Counted from the stretch's first letter, positions 9,101-18,783 are shown. The stretch is 64,000 nucleotides of DNA from a candidate division WOR-3 bacterium (GCA_965648915.1 CBFGIV010000001.1:32001-96000); one strand, 5' to 3'. Numbers and translations: made by a program. Notes: a model not told the origin generated them from the letters alone.

Positions 9101-9422
9101 CATCAAGGCGCGGGTAGAAACGAGTTTTGGAGTTGATGAGTTGGGGAGTTCAGGTGTTAAAGAGAGGGAAATAGAGGAGAAATTTAAGTCTGCAATAAAA
9201 ATGTTTGAAGAATTAAGACAGCCATTTAATATTGCCAAGGCATACTTTTATTATGGTGAATTCTGTAAAAGTTGTAGCGTCCAGTTTCAACTGGACGAAC
9301 AAGATATCGTCCGTCTGAAGACGGACGGTACAAAATATCTACAGAAGGCGAAGGAGATTTTTGAAAAGCTCGGTATCAAAGTTTGGCTTGAGAAGATAAA
9401 ACGGATTGAGGATGCAATGTAA
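6111..9422 (+). CDS. Class III adenylate/guanylate cyclase - STAND (AAA_16-like) NTPase - TPR protein
   Basis: TILFADLSGFT, KYEGD and GDVVNLASRL cyclase motifs; Walker A GDAGLGKS; Walker B LVIEDYHWID; C-terminal TPR repeats. The start may be ATG 6114. Confidence 0.9.
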   Translation: MMQKTEERRLVTILFADLSGFTRLSHSLDPEDVQEVANACFEYLNPPIIKQGGMIHKYEGDLVIALFGIPVSHEDDPERAIKAGLEMLTLIPEINNALTEKLKTKTDLGLHIGINSGTVVIGEVGSIEKKEWTVMGDVVNLASRLKDIAKRGEIIVSEPVCRSSRYLFDYEALPPVNLKGIEEPVKIFKPLKIKEKPEPKRGIAGLYSPLVGRDRELGLFKERIFDLQKGKSGAVFIIGDAGLGKSRLYEELKKSVTPSLYPSPPVGEEKVGGITVLEARCLSYGEMIPNWPFLQFLEQIFGITDSDSPEAIQKKLIKKAQQLFLNEGAEIWKEIVPYIGYLFSVRFPDELDEKIKYLDPQALRIQISVSVRKLLLTLARQGPIILVIEDYHWIDSASLELLEFIFNAFSPPLEKGGNLLFIGLSRIEKEKECWRTKERMKEKLGEDFLEITLNPLDDESSAQLAHNLLKIPGIPEEFRDRIVTRAGGNPFYLEEIIRSFIDSGILFFGKGMWKLSTPDSQLSTVLIPDTVQAVIASRLDHLESDVRDLLQMASVIGRNFYERVLAYLSGLDSLMLSLHLAVLEDLEFIRVHRREPELEYIFRHPLLQEVCYNALLKRRRRQLHQKIGSIIEEIFKERVDEFTELLAYQYSNSDDTDKAVFWLRKAGEKAKASYANDEALRYFERLIEICRAAGASYGLVLRESYETLGDTYNLKGMYNKATESYKMMAQEGDRIVGAKSLHKVADVYKNQGDYEGSLRSLFEAEKLVSGDSIEEKMERAEVLVLRCWIYRIKGEMERATIEGYECLKILDEISTLASAGQKIQCKKIAARTFNNLGVIFWNKGDYDKAIELFQKYLKISEEIGYKQGIGIASGNLGMVYYYKGEYDRATELFQKYLKISEETGDKQGIGIASGNLGGVFLEIGDFRRAKEYLANAEEVLKEIGDKFYLIEIFTKIADLQMQLRGKGWQKISNEYLTMAFNLAEEIGSKEGKATTMLIKARVETSFGVDELGSSGVKEREIEEKFKSAIKMFEELRQPFNIAKAYFYYGEFCKSCSVQFQLDEQDIVRLKTDGTKYLQKAKEIFEKLGIKVWLEKIKRIEDAM
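6878..6930. repeat. REP-like palindrome inserted in frame in the STAND gene
   Basis: TACCCCCTCCCTTTATCCCTCCCCACCTGTGGGGGAGGAAAAGGTGGGGGGTA, a nested hairpin translated as TPSLYPSPPVGEEKVGG. Confidence 0.6.
8637..8861 (+). repeat. Near-identical 120-bp-period tandem duplication (TPR units)
   Basis: Lines 8641 and 8761 align with few substitutions; KGDYDKAIELFQKYLKISEEIG vs KGEYDRATELFQKYLKISEETG. Confidence 0.9.
9274..9331. repeat. Inverted REP doublet (GTAG/GTAC-type) inside the STAND CDS
   Basis: GTAG-CGTCCAG-TTTCAA-CTGGACG and, inverted, GTAC-CGTCCGTC-TTCA-GACGGACG. Confidence 0.7.
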
Positions 9423-9509
9423 CCTCCAACAGGGTTTTTTCAATAGTTATTAAAAACAGAGGGTTAAAAAATTTGTTCGTTTAAAAACGCTACAAATCAG
9501 ATCCAGGAC

Positions 9510-10223
9510 TGCTTAGCCCATCGGACACATGGTATTCACTTAATTCCCCTTTTGTCGACCTGCAGTATACAAAAGGCATAAGTTTCGCATACTCAGCCAA
9601 AAATCTATCCCGAGCCGATAACATCCATTGCACATCAATATCATTATCATCAAGCACTAATGGAGGAAAATTTATAAAATTGGGGTTATCAATACCACAG
9701 GACATTTGAACCATCTGCCAGGGCGCCTTCTTAAAAGTCATATTGGGATGCTCAAGATTAGACCATTCGGTAAAACCACGGTCTTTCTGCGTATACACCA
9801 TACAAATAAATTCCGCACCATTGTTGGTCTGGATAATAACCTTACTGGTATCCACACCAAAAAACTCTAAGTGGCCCAATAAAAGCCAGATAAAGCGCAT
9901 AGAGTTAGTCAGGGAAAACTCCTTAGCATAAGCAAAGAAAGTATCTTTATCCGTTCCTGTCCCAACCAGACGTGATCTTCTCCCCACCTGAGATTATGCG
10001 GGGAAACTCCCGCAAAGCCACAATCTCTGCCTCAAGCTGGGGAGAAATTGCCTTAGGAGTCCGATGCGGGCGTCGGAAGCGGTCCTTTAGACCATCTTTA
10101 CCTTTACTCTGGAAGCGGCGAATAATTAAAAATTTTTTTCCAAGCATTTATATATATTAATAAATTTTTTATTTTTTCCCAGAATATTCTTTTGGGGTGG
10201 ATACCATGTCTTGAAACTCTGCA
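9510..10223 (-). mobile_element. Degenerate IS481-like element (frameshifted, internally deleted transposase) with inverted repeats
   Basis: Fragments GLKDRFRRPHRTP (HTH linker, ORF 9947..10147) and IQTNNGAEF (degenerate integrase-core QTDNGxEF, ORF 9490..9987) lie in different frames. IR cores ACATGGTATTCAC (9527-9539) and GTGGATACCATGT (10197-10209). Ends are approximate. Confidence 0.7.
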
Positions 10224-10259
10224 CTGCATTATTGGCAATTGAATGAAACAGGTTCTAAC

Positions 10260-11370
10260 TTATTTGTTAGTTGAAATTTTTTTACTGGAACTTTCGTGCA
10301 GGAGATAGGCCTCGATGAATTCGTCCAGTTCACCATCCATAACTGCATCGATATTACTCGTCTCGACATTGGTTCGATGGTCCTTTACCATTTTATAGGG
10401 ATGGAATACATAGGAGCGAATCTGATGCCCCCAGGCAATTTCGGTCTTTTTCTCCTCAAGGGCCCGGGTCTTCTCTTCTTCTTTCTCTTTATAATATTGA
10501 TATAGTCGTGCATAGAGAATTTTCATCGCATAGGTTTTGTTTATTGCCTGAGAACGTTCGTTCTGACACTGTGCCATTATGCCGGTCGGGATGTGGATAA
10601 TACGCACGGCACTTGCAACCTTATTTACATTCTGACCTCCGTGTCCGGATGCGCGGAAGGTCTCAATCTTCAAATCCTCAGGGTTGATCTTGATCTCAAT
10701 CTCCTCCATCTCCGGATAGATGAAGACTGAAGCAAACGAAGTGTGACGACGGTTGTTGGCATCGAAAGGGGAGAGTCGAACCAGACGATGGATACCGGTT
10801 TCGGCTTTGAGGTAGCCATAGGCATACTGACCACTTACCTCGATGGTGGCATCCTTGATCCCGGCCTCTTCAGCAGGCTGGAGATCAAGAATACGATATT
10901 TGAAATTATGCTTCTCAATCCACTTCAGGTACATCCGCATCAGCATCGATGCCCAGTCGCAGGATTCGACGCCGCCTGCACCAGGATGAATGGTTAGAAT
11001 ACAGTCCTTTTGGTCCTCAGGCGATTGGAGCATATATTCGAGTTCGAAGGCTTTGATTTTCTTATAAAGGGTACTGACACCTTCTTCAATTTCACGAATC
11101 GATGATGAGTCAAGTTCAGGGAGGTTTATCAGTTCCTGGTAGTCGTGTGCTTCTCTATTTAAATCTTCCCAGTTCTTGAGCCAGTTCTTTTCGTAATTTA
11201 ATTCGGCGATGATCTTTTGGGCCTGACCGGGATTGTCCCAGAAGTTCTTTTCTGCTAATTTAGTTTCAAATTCTTTAACTCTTTTCTGACGTTTATCAAT
11301 GTCAAAGAAACTCCTTAAGCCGGGTAAGGCGATTTATAATCTCTTCAATCCTGGTTGCTAATGAGGTCAT
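10260..11370 (-). CDS. prfB: Peptide chain release factor 2 (programmed +1 frameshift)
   Basis: ATG at 11370, 22 codons, then CTT TGA C (11307-11301) preceded by AAGGAG. The +1 frame continues into the RF2 body with SPF and GGQ motifs. Confidence 0.95.
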
Positions 11371-11375
11371 CTTCT

Positions 11376-11594
11376 TTACGCCGTTTTGGTGCCTTTGCCT
11401 TTTCCAAATTTACGGCGATATTTTTCAACCCGGCCGGCGGAATCGACAATCTTCTGTTTACCGGTAAAGAAAGGATGGCATTTGGAACAGATTTCGACCG
11501 ATATTTTTGGTCGGGTAGAACGGGTTGTAACTGTATTACCGCAGGCACAGGTTATGACACATTCCACATATTGGGGGTGAATCTTCTTCTTCAT
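11376..11594 (-). CDS. rpmE: 50S ribosomal protein L31 (Zn-binding type)
   Basis: [26 protein letters not shown]. Confidence 0.97.
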   Translation of the reverse strand: MKKKIHPQYVECVITCACGNTVTTRSTRPKISVEICSKCHPFFTGKQKIVDSAGRVEKYRRKFGKGKGTKTA

Positions 11595-11607
11595 TTTTCT
11601 CCTTATT

Positions 11608-12873
11608 TTAACCGCTACTCATTGAAGCAAGAAATTCTTTATTGGTCTTGGTCTTATACATCTTATCAATGAGAAATTCCATCATCTCGATTGGATTCAT
11701 TTCGGCCAGGACCTTGCGTAAGATCCAGAGCCGTTTCAGTTCGTGTTCCGAAAGTAAGAGTTCTTCTTTCCTCGTACCCGATTTATGAAGGTCCAGGGCG
11801 GGGAAGATCCTCCGGTCGGCAAGACGGCGATCCAGGACCAGTTCCATATTACCCGTCCCCTTAAATTCTTCAAAAATAACCTCATCCATCCGGCTGCCGG
11901 TTTCAATCAGAGCACTGGCGATTATGGTCAGACTGCCGCCCTCTTCGATATTCCTTGCTGAGCCAAAGAATTTTTTCGGCTTCTGTAAGGCGGTTGAATC
12001 GAGACCACCGGACATAGTCTTTCCTGAATGGGGGACGACCGCATTATGGGCCCGGGCGAGTCGGGTAAGACTATCGAGCAGAATAACAACATCTTTCCTG
12101 GTTTCGACTAACCGCTTTGCCCTTTCGAGAACAATATCCGCCACCTGAACATGGCGCTCCGGGGTCTCATCAAATGTAGAACTGATGACCTCGGCCTTGA
12201 CCGAGCGCTCCATATCAGTAACTTCTTCAGGCCGTTCATCGATTAAGAGGACAATCAGGGAGATCTCAGGGTGGTTGGTGGTAATGCTATTGGCAATCTT
12301 CTGAAGGATTACTGTCTTCCCGGCACGCGGGGGCGAGACAATCAAACCACGCTGACCTTTGCCGATCGGTGTAAAGAGGTCGATTATCCGCTGGGACATA
12401 TCATTATTACCTTCAATCTCAATATTTATCCGCTGGTTTGGATAGAGTGGTGTTAGATTGTCAAAGAGGACCCTTTCCTTGAAGTCATCGAGGTTGATAC
12501 CGTTGACCTTTTCAATTTTGATCATCGCAAAGAAACGCTCATTATCCTTGGGCGGTCGGGCCAGGCCATAGATCTGATCGCCGGTCTTAAGATTGAACTT
12601 CTTGATCTGGGACTGGGAGAGGTAGACATCGTCCGGACTCTGGAGATAGTTATAGTTAGACGATCGGAGAAAACCATAGCCTTCGCTGTGGATCTCGAGG
12701 ACACCATCAACCGGCACCAGTTCTGCCTTTTTTGTCTCGGCCTCAATAATGGCGTGGATGAGGTCCTGTTTCTTCATATCGGTGTAACCGTGCAGATCGA
12801 CTTCTTTTGCAATGTCGTAGAGTTCGGATACTTTCTTCTTTTTTAGTTCAGTGATATCCATATTTTTTAACAT
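11608..12873 (-). CDS. rho: Transcription termination factor Rho
   Basis: [43 protein letters not shown]. Confidence 0.98.
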   Translation of the reverse strand: MLKNMDITELKKKKVSELYDIAKEVDLHGYTDMKKQDLIHAIIEAETKKAELVPVDGVLEIHSEGYGFLRSSNYNYLQSPDDVYLSQSQIKKFNLKTGDQIYGLARPPKDNERFFAMIKIEKVNGINLDDFKERVLFDNLTPLYPNQRINIEIEGNNDMSQRIIDLFTPIGKGQRGLIVSPPRAGKTVILQKIANSITTNHPEISLIVLLIDERPEEVTDMERSVKAEVISSTFDETPERHVQVADIVLERAKRLVETRKDVVILLDSLTRLARAHNAVVPHSGKTMSGGLDSTALQKPKKFFGSARNIEEGGSLTIIASALIETGSRMDEVIFEEFKGTGNMELVLDRRLADRRIFPALDLHKSGTRKEELLLSEHELKRLWILRKVLAEMNPIEMMEFLIDKMYKTKTNKEFLASMSSG

Positions 12874-12986
12874 CTTTTACCTCCTGATACCAAAGAGGTT
12901 TTTTCCCCTTATAAATCACTCCGGGAACTGAAGGAATTTAAGTTATCAATCAGGGGAACCAGTTAGTTGTTTTTTTAAGTATGTCA

Positions 12987-13014
12987 ATTTTATCCAGATT
13001 TAAAAATTTGTCAA
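12987..13014 (-). promoter_or_regulatory. sigma70-type promoter of rho-rpmE-prfB
   Basis: TTGACA-16 bp-TAAAAT on the minus strand. Confidence 0.65.
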
Positions 13015-13029
13015 TAAAAAATTTTTACA

Positions 13030-13554
13030 TCAATACTCAATGCCTTTTCTCGGTTTCAGCCCCTTCTGAAAATAGTGTTTGACTTCGAGAATCTCTGAAA
13101 CCAGATCGGCAACATCAAGCAACTCGGCTGGGGCATATCTCCCGGTGAGAATCAATTCAACCCCCTTCGGTTTTTGCTTGATCAGATTCAAGACTTCAGA
13201 GAGTTTTATTAAACCGTAGTCGATAGCGACATTTATCTCATCGAGAATGATAATGTCATATTTACCACTAATTATGACTTCGCTGGCCCGCTGAAACCCC
13301 TTCTGGGCAAGAGCAAGATCTTTTGCTGAAGGCCGGTCGCGATCGACAAAGGTTGGTAGCCCATACTGCTCGATCTTAAAATTCTTAAGTTTCCGGACTG
13401 CTTTTAATTCGCCATAGTCTATCTTGCCTTTCATAAATTGAATCATAATTACCTTCAGTCCATGGCCAATGGCCCGGAGCCCCTGCCCGAGGGCAGCGGT
13501 AGTTTTGCCTTTCCCATTTCCAGTATAGATTTGAACCAGCCCTTTTTTCATCAT
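13030..13554 (-). CDS. cobO: Cob(I)alamin adenosyltransferase (CobA/CobO/BtuR)
   Basis: YTGNGKGKTTAALG, QFMKG, LDEIN, LTGR, GIEY. Confidence 0.93.
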   Translation of the reverse strand: MMKKGLVQIYTGNGKGKTTAALGQGLRAIGHGLKVIMIQFMKGKIDYGELKAVRKLKNFKIEQYGLPTFVDRDRPSAKDLALAQKGFQRASEVIISGKYDIIILDEINVAIDYGLIKLSEVLNLIKQKPKGVELILTGRYAPAELLDVADLVSEILEVKHYFQKGLKPRKGIEY

Positions 13555-14282
13555 TATTCTAAGAATTTAACATCCCCCGCCACAATCTTCTGTTCTTTGC
13601 CGGATTTCTCTTTAAGAATTAAAGAACCGTCCTGATCGACATCGATTGCCCTGCCCTGATATTGCTGGCCTACGGTCTCCACAACAACATCCCGGCCCAG
13701 GATATTCGAATTATGCTTCCAGGCGAGTAAGAGTTCTTCGATCTGTCCATTTTCAAATTTGGCATAGACGGTCTGGAATTCTTTCAGGATTGTGTTGACC
13801 AGACCATCCTTATCAATTTCAGACTTCAATTCGTGGAGGACAGAAGTTGCAGTATGTTGTAGTTCTGGCGGGAAGGTCTGAGGATCGATATTCAAATTTA
13901 ATCCAATTCCGATGATGACCGAGCCGGATGTTGGTTCCCACTCAGTAAGGATGCCACCAAGTTTTTTATTGTTCGCAATAATATCATTGGGCCATTTCAG
14001 TGAGACCTGCAAGCCCAGGCTCTTTAATGCCTGAATAACTGCTACGCCTGTAAAGAGAGTGAGGAGTTGGGCATAAGGGCTTTCTCGAATCGATTTCAGG
14101 ATAATCGACATCCAGATCCCGCCCCGTGGTGAATACCAGTAACGATTGAGACGCCCCTTGCCTTGAGTCTGGGTTTCAGCGATGATGATGGTCCCATCCT
14201 CAGATCTATCAGCAATCCTTTTCGCATATTCATTGGTTGAATCGACTTCATCGAGACGAATCACATTCTCTGACCAATTCAT
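13554..14282 (-). CDS. birA: Biotin--[acetyl-CoA-carboxylase] ligase (no HTH domain)
   Basis: DSTN, QTQGKGRLNR, KWPND, KKLGGIL. Confidence 0.93.
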   Translation of the reverse strand: MNWSENVIRLDEVDSTNEYAKRIADRSEDGTIIIAETQTQGKGRLNRYWYSPRGGIWMSIILKSIRESPYAQLLTLFTGVAVIQALKSLGLQVSLKWPNDIIANNKKLGGILTEWEPTSGSVIIGIGLNLNIDPQTFPPELQHTATSVLHELKSEIDKDGLVNTILKEFQTVYAKFENGQIEELLLAWKHNSNILGRDVVVETVGQQYQGRAIDVDQDGSLILKEKSGKEQKIVAGDVKFLE

Positions 14283-14317
14283 ATCAGTCTTTATCCTGGG
14301 CTAATCGGTCATTCCAT

Positions 14318-15568
14318 TTACGATATTTTTTTTAAAATCATTACCACCACCGTCTTATCATTGCCACCCATACTTGAGAGCATACCATAAGGGCGATCAG
14401 GATCGATCTTGACCTGGCAGTCGCCTGCTTTACCGGTCAGTTGATGGAGAATATCGACTGCCTGGCGAACACCGGTGGCGCCGACTGGATGGCCATAACC
14501 GATGAGGCCGCCGGTTGTATTGGTTGGTATGATGCCGTTAGACTTTGTCTTACCTTCTTTAACAAAATCGGCACCTTCACCATATTCAGCAAGGCCCGCT
14601 GCTTCGATTGCCATAAGCCCGGCAATTGTGAAACAGTCGTGGACCTCAAGGACACTTAAATCTTTCGGTCTGATCTGTGCCCTTTCATAGGCACGCTGAG
14701 CTGCGATTGCACAGGTTTTGAGCCGGGTCAGGTCGGGCGGCGGCGTGGTGATGTTATCCTGGACCTGGGCATAGGCAACAACTTCCACGGCATCCCTGTA
14801 TTCGATACCAATCTTCTTTAATCCTTCTTCCGTGGCAAAGATTATTGCCGACCCGCCATCCGAGACCTTTGAGCAGTCATAGGGATTGATAAATTCACAA
14901 AAGTTTTTTGGATCGGGCCTGGTCAGAGCAGTGGTAAAGAGGTCGGGATTGGTATTGTGATATTCCTGGGCCTTGGGGTTGCGACGGGCGTTCTCGATTG
15001 CATTTACATACCACTGTGCCATACCCGCCCGGACTCGCTCCTCGCCAAATTTCTGGATATAGGCCCCGGCCCTTTTGGAGAACTGATCCGGGAAGAAGTA
15101 GGCATGCCCCTGCTTCCTTTCACCTGCATACCAGCCAGCAGCGGCAAGGTAATCAGCACCATAGACTGCCTTGACCGTATTCTGCACTTCAACGCCGATG
15201 CAGAGGACAACATCAGCAAGATCGGACAGGAGGGTCTTGATGGCGGTGACCAGTGCCAGCCCCCCTGAATCGCAGGCACCTTCTACCCGGATACAGGGCT
15301 TGTATTGAAAAGTTTCGTGGACCATAGGGAAGAATCCACTGAGATTCCCCTGGCGACAGAACCGTTCAGCAACGAAATTACCGATGACCCCTTCGTCAAT
15401 TGCCTCGGGATTTTTGATCTGATTGATGGCACCGAGGCCGGCCTCTTTGATATAATGTTCGATTCCGGGTTTCGGGGCCTTGGGATTGAACTCCTTCCGG
15501 CCTGAGCCGAAGGCAATTGTATTGAAACCTGCGGTAGCATATATTTTCTTTCTAAAAAACATACTCAC
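14318..15568 (-). CDS. Thiolase (SCP2/HDCF type)
   Basis: EGACDSGG, EVHDCFT and GHPVGATG motifs. Confidence 0.88.
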   Translation of the reverse strand: MSMFFRKKIYATAGFNTIAFGSGRKEFNPKAPKPGIEHYIKEAGLGAINQIKNPEAIDEGVIGNFVAERFCRQGNLSGFFPMVHETFQYKPCIRVEGACDSGGLALVTAIKTLLSDLADVVLCIGVEVQNTVKAVYGADYLAAAGWYAGERKQGHAYFFPDQFSKRAGAYIQKFGEERVRAGMAQWYVNAIENARRNPKAQEYHNTNPDLFTTALTRPDPKNFCEFINPYDCSKVSDGGSAIIFATEEGLKKIGIEYRDAVEVVAYAQVQDNITTPPPDLTRLKTCAIAAQRAYERAQIRPKDLSVLEVHDCFTIAGLMAIEAAGLAEYGEGADFVKEGKTKSNGIIPTNTTGGLIGYGHPVGATGVRQAVDILHQLTGKAGDCQVKIDPDRPYGMLSSMGGNDKTVVVMILKKIS

Positions 15569-15591
15569 TCCTTTGTCGGCTGAAATTTATT

Positions 15592-16926
15592 TTAGATGTA
15601 ATTATTAATAGGCCCATAGATCCAGTAGAAGCCATTTGTTAAAACTGCATTGACATCAGTATCCGAGTTGGCGATTCCATCCCTGACCAACTGCAGGGCA
15701 ATCTCCTTGGTCTTTTTGAGATAATTGCGGGCCAGTTCCGCACCAGGATTTTGAGCATTTTTTAAATTTGTGAAATAATTGATCAGGGCAGAATCCTTTT
15801 TCGGATCGCCAATCATTTTCTTCCATGGTGCAAATCCTGATGGGGGATCGCCGATCTTAGGATCGATCCTCTTTTTTAACTCTTCGAGCGGAAGGTATTC
15901 TCCTTTCTCTATATCATAGACGCCCGCCGGACGGTTCTTTTCATATTTTAAGAAGCCATCTTTCTGCGAACCATCGGGGTTCTGACCACCAATAATTTTT
16001 TTGTTAACCATCTGATCGATCAATTCATTATGGAGGGATTTGTCATTGAGGTGTTTGGACATAACCTTTAATATACATTGAAAGACATCGATCCCTACAT
16101 AGTCGATCAACTGGAAAATACCCATAGGTCTGATCAGGAAGTCCTGACTGATGCGGTTCATTATATAGATAGCACCAGCCAGACCGTACTCTCTCTTCAA
16201 ATCATTTAAGAGATTTAAGGCATAGAGTCCATCCCTCATAAAATGGCCATTCCCGATAAATCCGGCCCGGTCATTGGCCGGGACGAGTGTCTTACCAAGC
16301 CTTTTACCCAGTTCAGTTGAAATTTCTTTAAGTTCGTTTACAGCGGTTTTTGGTATTATCACCTCAACCAGACGCTGGACCACAGGGGGGTTATAAAAAT
16401 GGTAGCCAATAATCCTTCCGCCCAGTCCAACCTTTTCATCGAGGAAACTGATCGGAATTGAAGATGTGTTGGTCAGATAAAGGGTATTTTTGGTGGTGAG
16501 GCTGTTGATCTGTTTCAGAACCTTAATCTTGGTCTCTTCATCTTCGACGATTGCTTCAAAAACCAGATGGGAATTTTTGGTCAGGGCCAGGTCAGTGCCA
16601 AAATTTATCAGCCCGAGTGCATCATCAAGAAAGGTCTTAATGATCTCTTCATTTTCAACCAGATCGGCACGGTCCTGATAGAGCTGGCGCAGAGCAACAA
16701 TCGATTTTTCTGATGCCTTTAATAACTGACTCTTAAGATAACTGCGTAATCCATCGATCGCCTTTTCATTTATATCGATTAAATTGAGACGAAAGATCTT
16801 ATCCCGGTTTTCCGAAAGATTTTTGAGACGGGCCATCTCCCGGGCAAGCAGGGTCGCAATACCGCTGCCCATTTTACCTGCGGCCCCGATCACGGAAACA
16901 TTCTCAAGCCTTGCATCGAGATTCAC
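15592..16926 (-). CDS. 3-hydroxyacyl-CoA dehydrogenase family protein
   Basis: GAAGKMGSGIA Rossmann motif, EAIVE, TNTSS, HFYNP, GFIGN; adjacent to the thiolase. Confidence 0.88.
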   Translation of the reverse strand: MNLDARLENVSVIGAAGKMGSGIATLLAREMARLKNLSENRDKIFRLNLIDINEKAIDGLRSYLKSQLLKASEKSIVALRQLYQDRADLVENEEIIKTFLDDALGLINFGTDLALTKNSHLVFEAIVEDEETKIKVLKQINSLTTKNTLYLTNTSSIPISFLDEKVGLGGRIIGYHFYNPPVVQRLVEVIIPKTAVNELKEISTELGKRLGKTLVPANDRAGFIGNGHFMRDGLYALNLLNDLKREYGLAGAIYIMNRISQDFLIRPMGIFQLIDYVGIDVFQCILKVMSKHLNDKSLHNELIDQMVNKKIIGGQNPDGSQKDGFLKYEKNRPAGVYDIEKGEYLPLEELKKRIDPKIGDPPSGFAPWKKMIGDPKKDSALINYFTNLKNAQNPGAELARNYLKKTKEIALQLVRDGIANSDTDVNAVLTNGFYWIYGPINNYI

Positions 16927-17019
16927 ACTACCTCCTTGTTAAAGGGTTAAGTCATCCTATCAACGAATGGGCTAAATTGCAGTAACATTACACGAGCGAT
17001 ATGGTGTAATTGTCCTGTA

Positions 17020-17047
17020 ATTATATCGAATATTTCTATAAAGGCAA
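17020..17047 (-). promoter_or_regulatory. sigma70-type promoter of the 3HCDH-thiolase-birA-cobO operon
   Basis: TTGCCT-16 bp-TATAAT on the minus strand. Confidence 0.55.
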
Positions 17048-17176
17048 GAGGAATCTATAGGAATTGGATCATTACACTTTGGGGTCGGTTTCGAGTTTGA
17101 AACTATTTGACACATAGAAGGAATTGATTATATTTACTTGTGGATTATGATTTCAGGAGCAAGCAAAGGAGGAAAG

Positions 17177-18586
17177 ATGCGCATTTCATTGCAATGTCTA
17201 ATTCTTGTTACCGGTTTATTGCTGGCATCTTCTGTCCGCTGTTCAGATAATGAACCACCTGAAGTCACAATTATCGAACCGGTCGATGGTGCTACAGTTT
17301 GGGGTGATGTGATGATAAAGGTTGACGCCGAAGACAACCGTAAACTTGAGAAGACCGAACTCTACATCGATGGTGCCCTCAAGTATACTGATACTTCCCA
17401 GACCGGTCTGGAGTATGTTTGGGTAACGGACTCATTGCCGGACAGCACCTGGCGAACAATCTGGGCAAAAGCATACGACCGTTCAAAAAATGAAGCCAGT
17501 TCTGAAACGATCTCGGTTCTTCTCTTCCGGCGCGGGCATATCAAGTGGCGAGTGGGCACAGGATCAGATGTTGGTTCGCCGCCGGCGGTTGGAACTGATG
17601 GCATAATCTATGTCGGGGGCAGTGATAACCACCTCCATGCCATCAATCCGAACGGGACGGTGAAGTGGGGGTATGATACTTATAACGATCTTCGGCCCGG
17701 TCCGTCAATTGGTTATGACGGCACGATTTATATCATGGCTGATGGCGATCTTCTGACCTGGTGCGAATTCTATGCCATCAATCCCGACGGCAGTAAGCAG
17801 TGGTCCTACAGCATCGACTACAACCTGGATAACAACTATTCGACCGCCGCGATTGCGGCCGACGGCACGATCTATGTCGGTTCGGTTGATGACCATCTTT
17901 ACGCCTTCAATCCGAATGGAACGGTCAAGTGGCGATACAGAACCGGCTATAATATAGTCTCCTCACCCGCCATCGATAAAGATGGCACGGTCTATGTCGG
18001 CTCAATGGACGGGTATTTTTATGCGATCAATCCTGACGGTTCGCTTAAGTGGCGGATAGCCATTGGATCGATCGGACGGTCATCACCAGCAATTGGATCC
18101 GATGGGACAATTTATTTTGGGGCTGATGTCTATCTCTGGGCTTTGGATCCTATCGGTTCTATAAAATGGCAGTGTGCGACCGGCGGTTATATTGAATCCT
18201 CGCCGGCCATAGGTCCGGACGGCACAATCTATGTTGGTTCGAACGACGCACGACTCTATGCAATCTCTGCGACCGGTGTGCAACTGTGGAGTTATCAGAC
18301 TAATGGACAGGTGCTCTCATCACCGGCGGTCTGTTCCGACGGCACGATCATCTTTGGAAGCGATGACGGGTATCTGCACGCGGTCAACGGAAGCGACGGT
18401 GCACTGAAGTGGCGGTGTAATTGCGGTGGTCCGGTCCGGTCTTCACCAGCCGTCAGTCCAGATGGCATTATTTATGTGGGTTCAGAAGACGACGGGGTCT
18501 ATGCGATCTATGGAACTGCCGGACTGGCCAATAGCGCCTGGCCGATGTTTCACCGGGATCCTCGCCATACCGGTCGGGCACAATAA
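17177..18586 (+). CDS. Secreted or lipoprotein Ig-like domain plus PQQ-like beta-propeller repeat protein
   Basis: ATG 17177 follows AAGGAGG; signal peptide ending VRC; PPEVTIIEP Ig-like domain; repeated SSPAIGxDGTIYVGS...LYAxNPDGxxKW. Confidence 0.85.
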   Translation: MRISLQCLILVTGLLLASSVRCSDNEPPEVTIIEPVDGATVWGDVMIKVDAEDNRKLEKTELYIDGALKYTDTSQTGLEYVWVTDSLPDSTWRTIWAKAYDRSKNEASSETISVLLFRRGHIKWRVGTGSDVGSPPAVGTDGIIYVGGSDNHLHAINPNGTVKWGYDTYNDLRPGPSIGYDGTIYIMADGDLLTWCEFYAINPDGSKQWSYSIDYNLDNNYSTAAIAADGTIYVGSVDDHLYAFNPNGTVKWRYRTGYNIVSSPAIDKDGTVYVGSMDGYFYAINPDGSLKWRIAIGSIGRSSPAIGSDGTIYFGADVYLWALDPIGSIKWQCATGGYIESSPAIGPDGTIYVGSNDARLYAISATGVQLWSYQTNGQVLSSPAVCSDGTIIFGSDDGYLHAVNGSDGALKWRCNCGGPVRSSPAVSPDGIIYVGSEDDGVYAIYGTAGLANSAWPMFHRDPRHTGRAQ

Positions 18587-18667
18587 GTTAAAAGATGGAG
18601 AGCTTTTTACTGCTTTACTTACTTTTCTGAATATATGGGTAAGGCGAACTATTAAGCCATTTATTTC

Positions 18668-18695
18668 TTGACATCTATGGTAATCCCGGTATAAT
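18668..18695 (+). promoter_or_regulatory. sigma70-type promoter of the rpsU operon
   Basis: Exact TTGACA-16 bp-TATAAT. Confidence 0.75.
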
Positions 18696-18783
18696 ATAAT
18701 TTGCAGGGACAGATCTTTTGTAATAACCACAGAAGAATTTATCTGGTTAAACTAAACCTTATGAAAGGAGGCGTTACTGAAAT

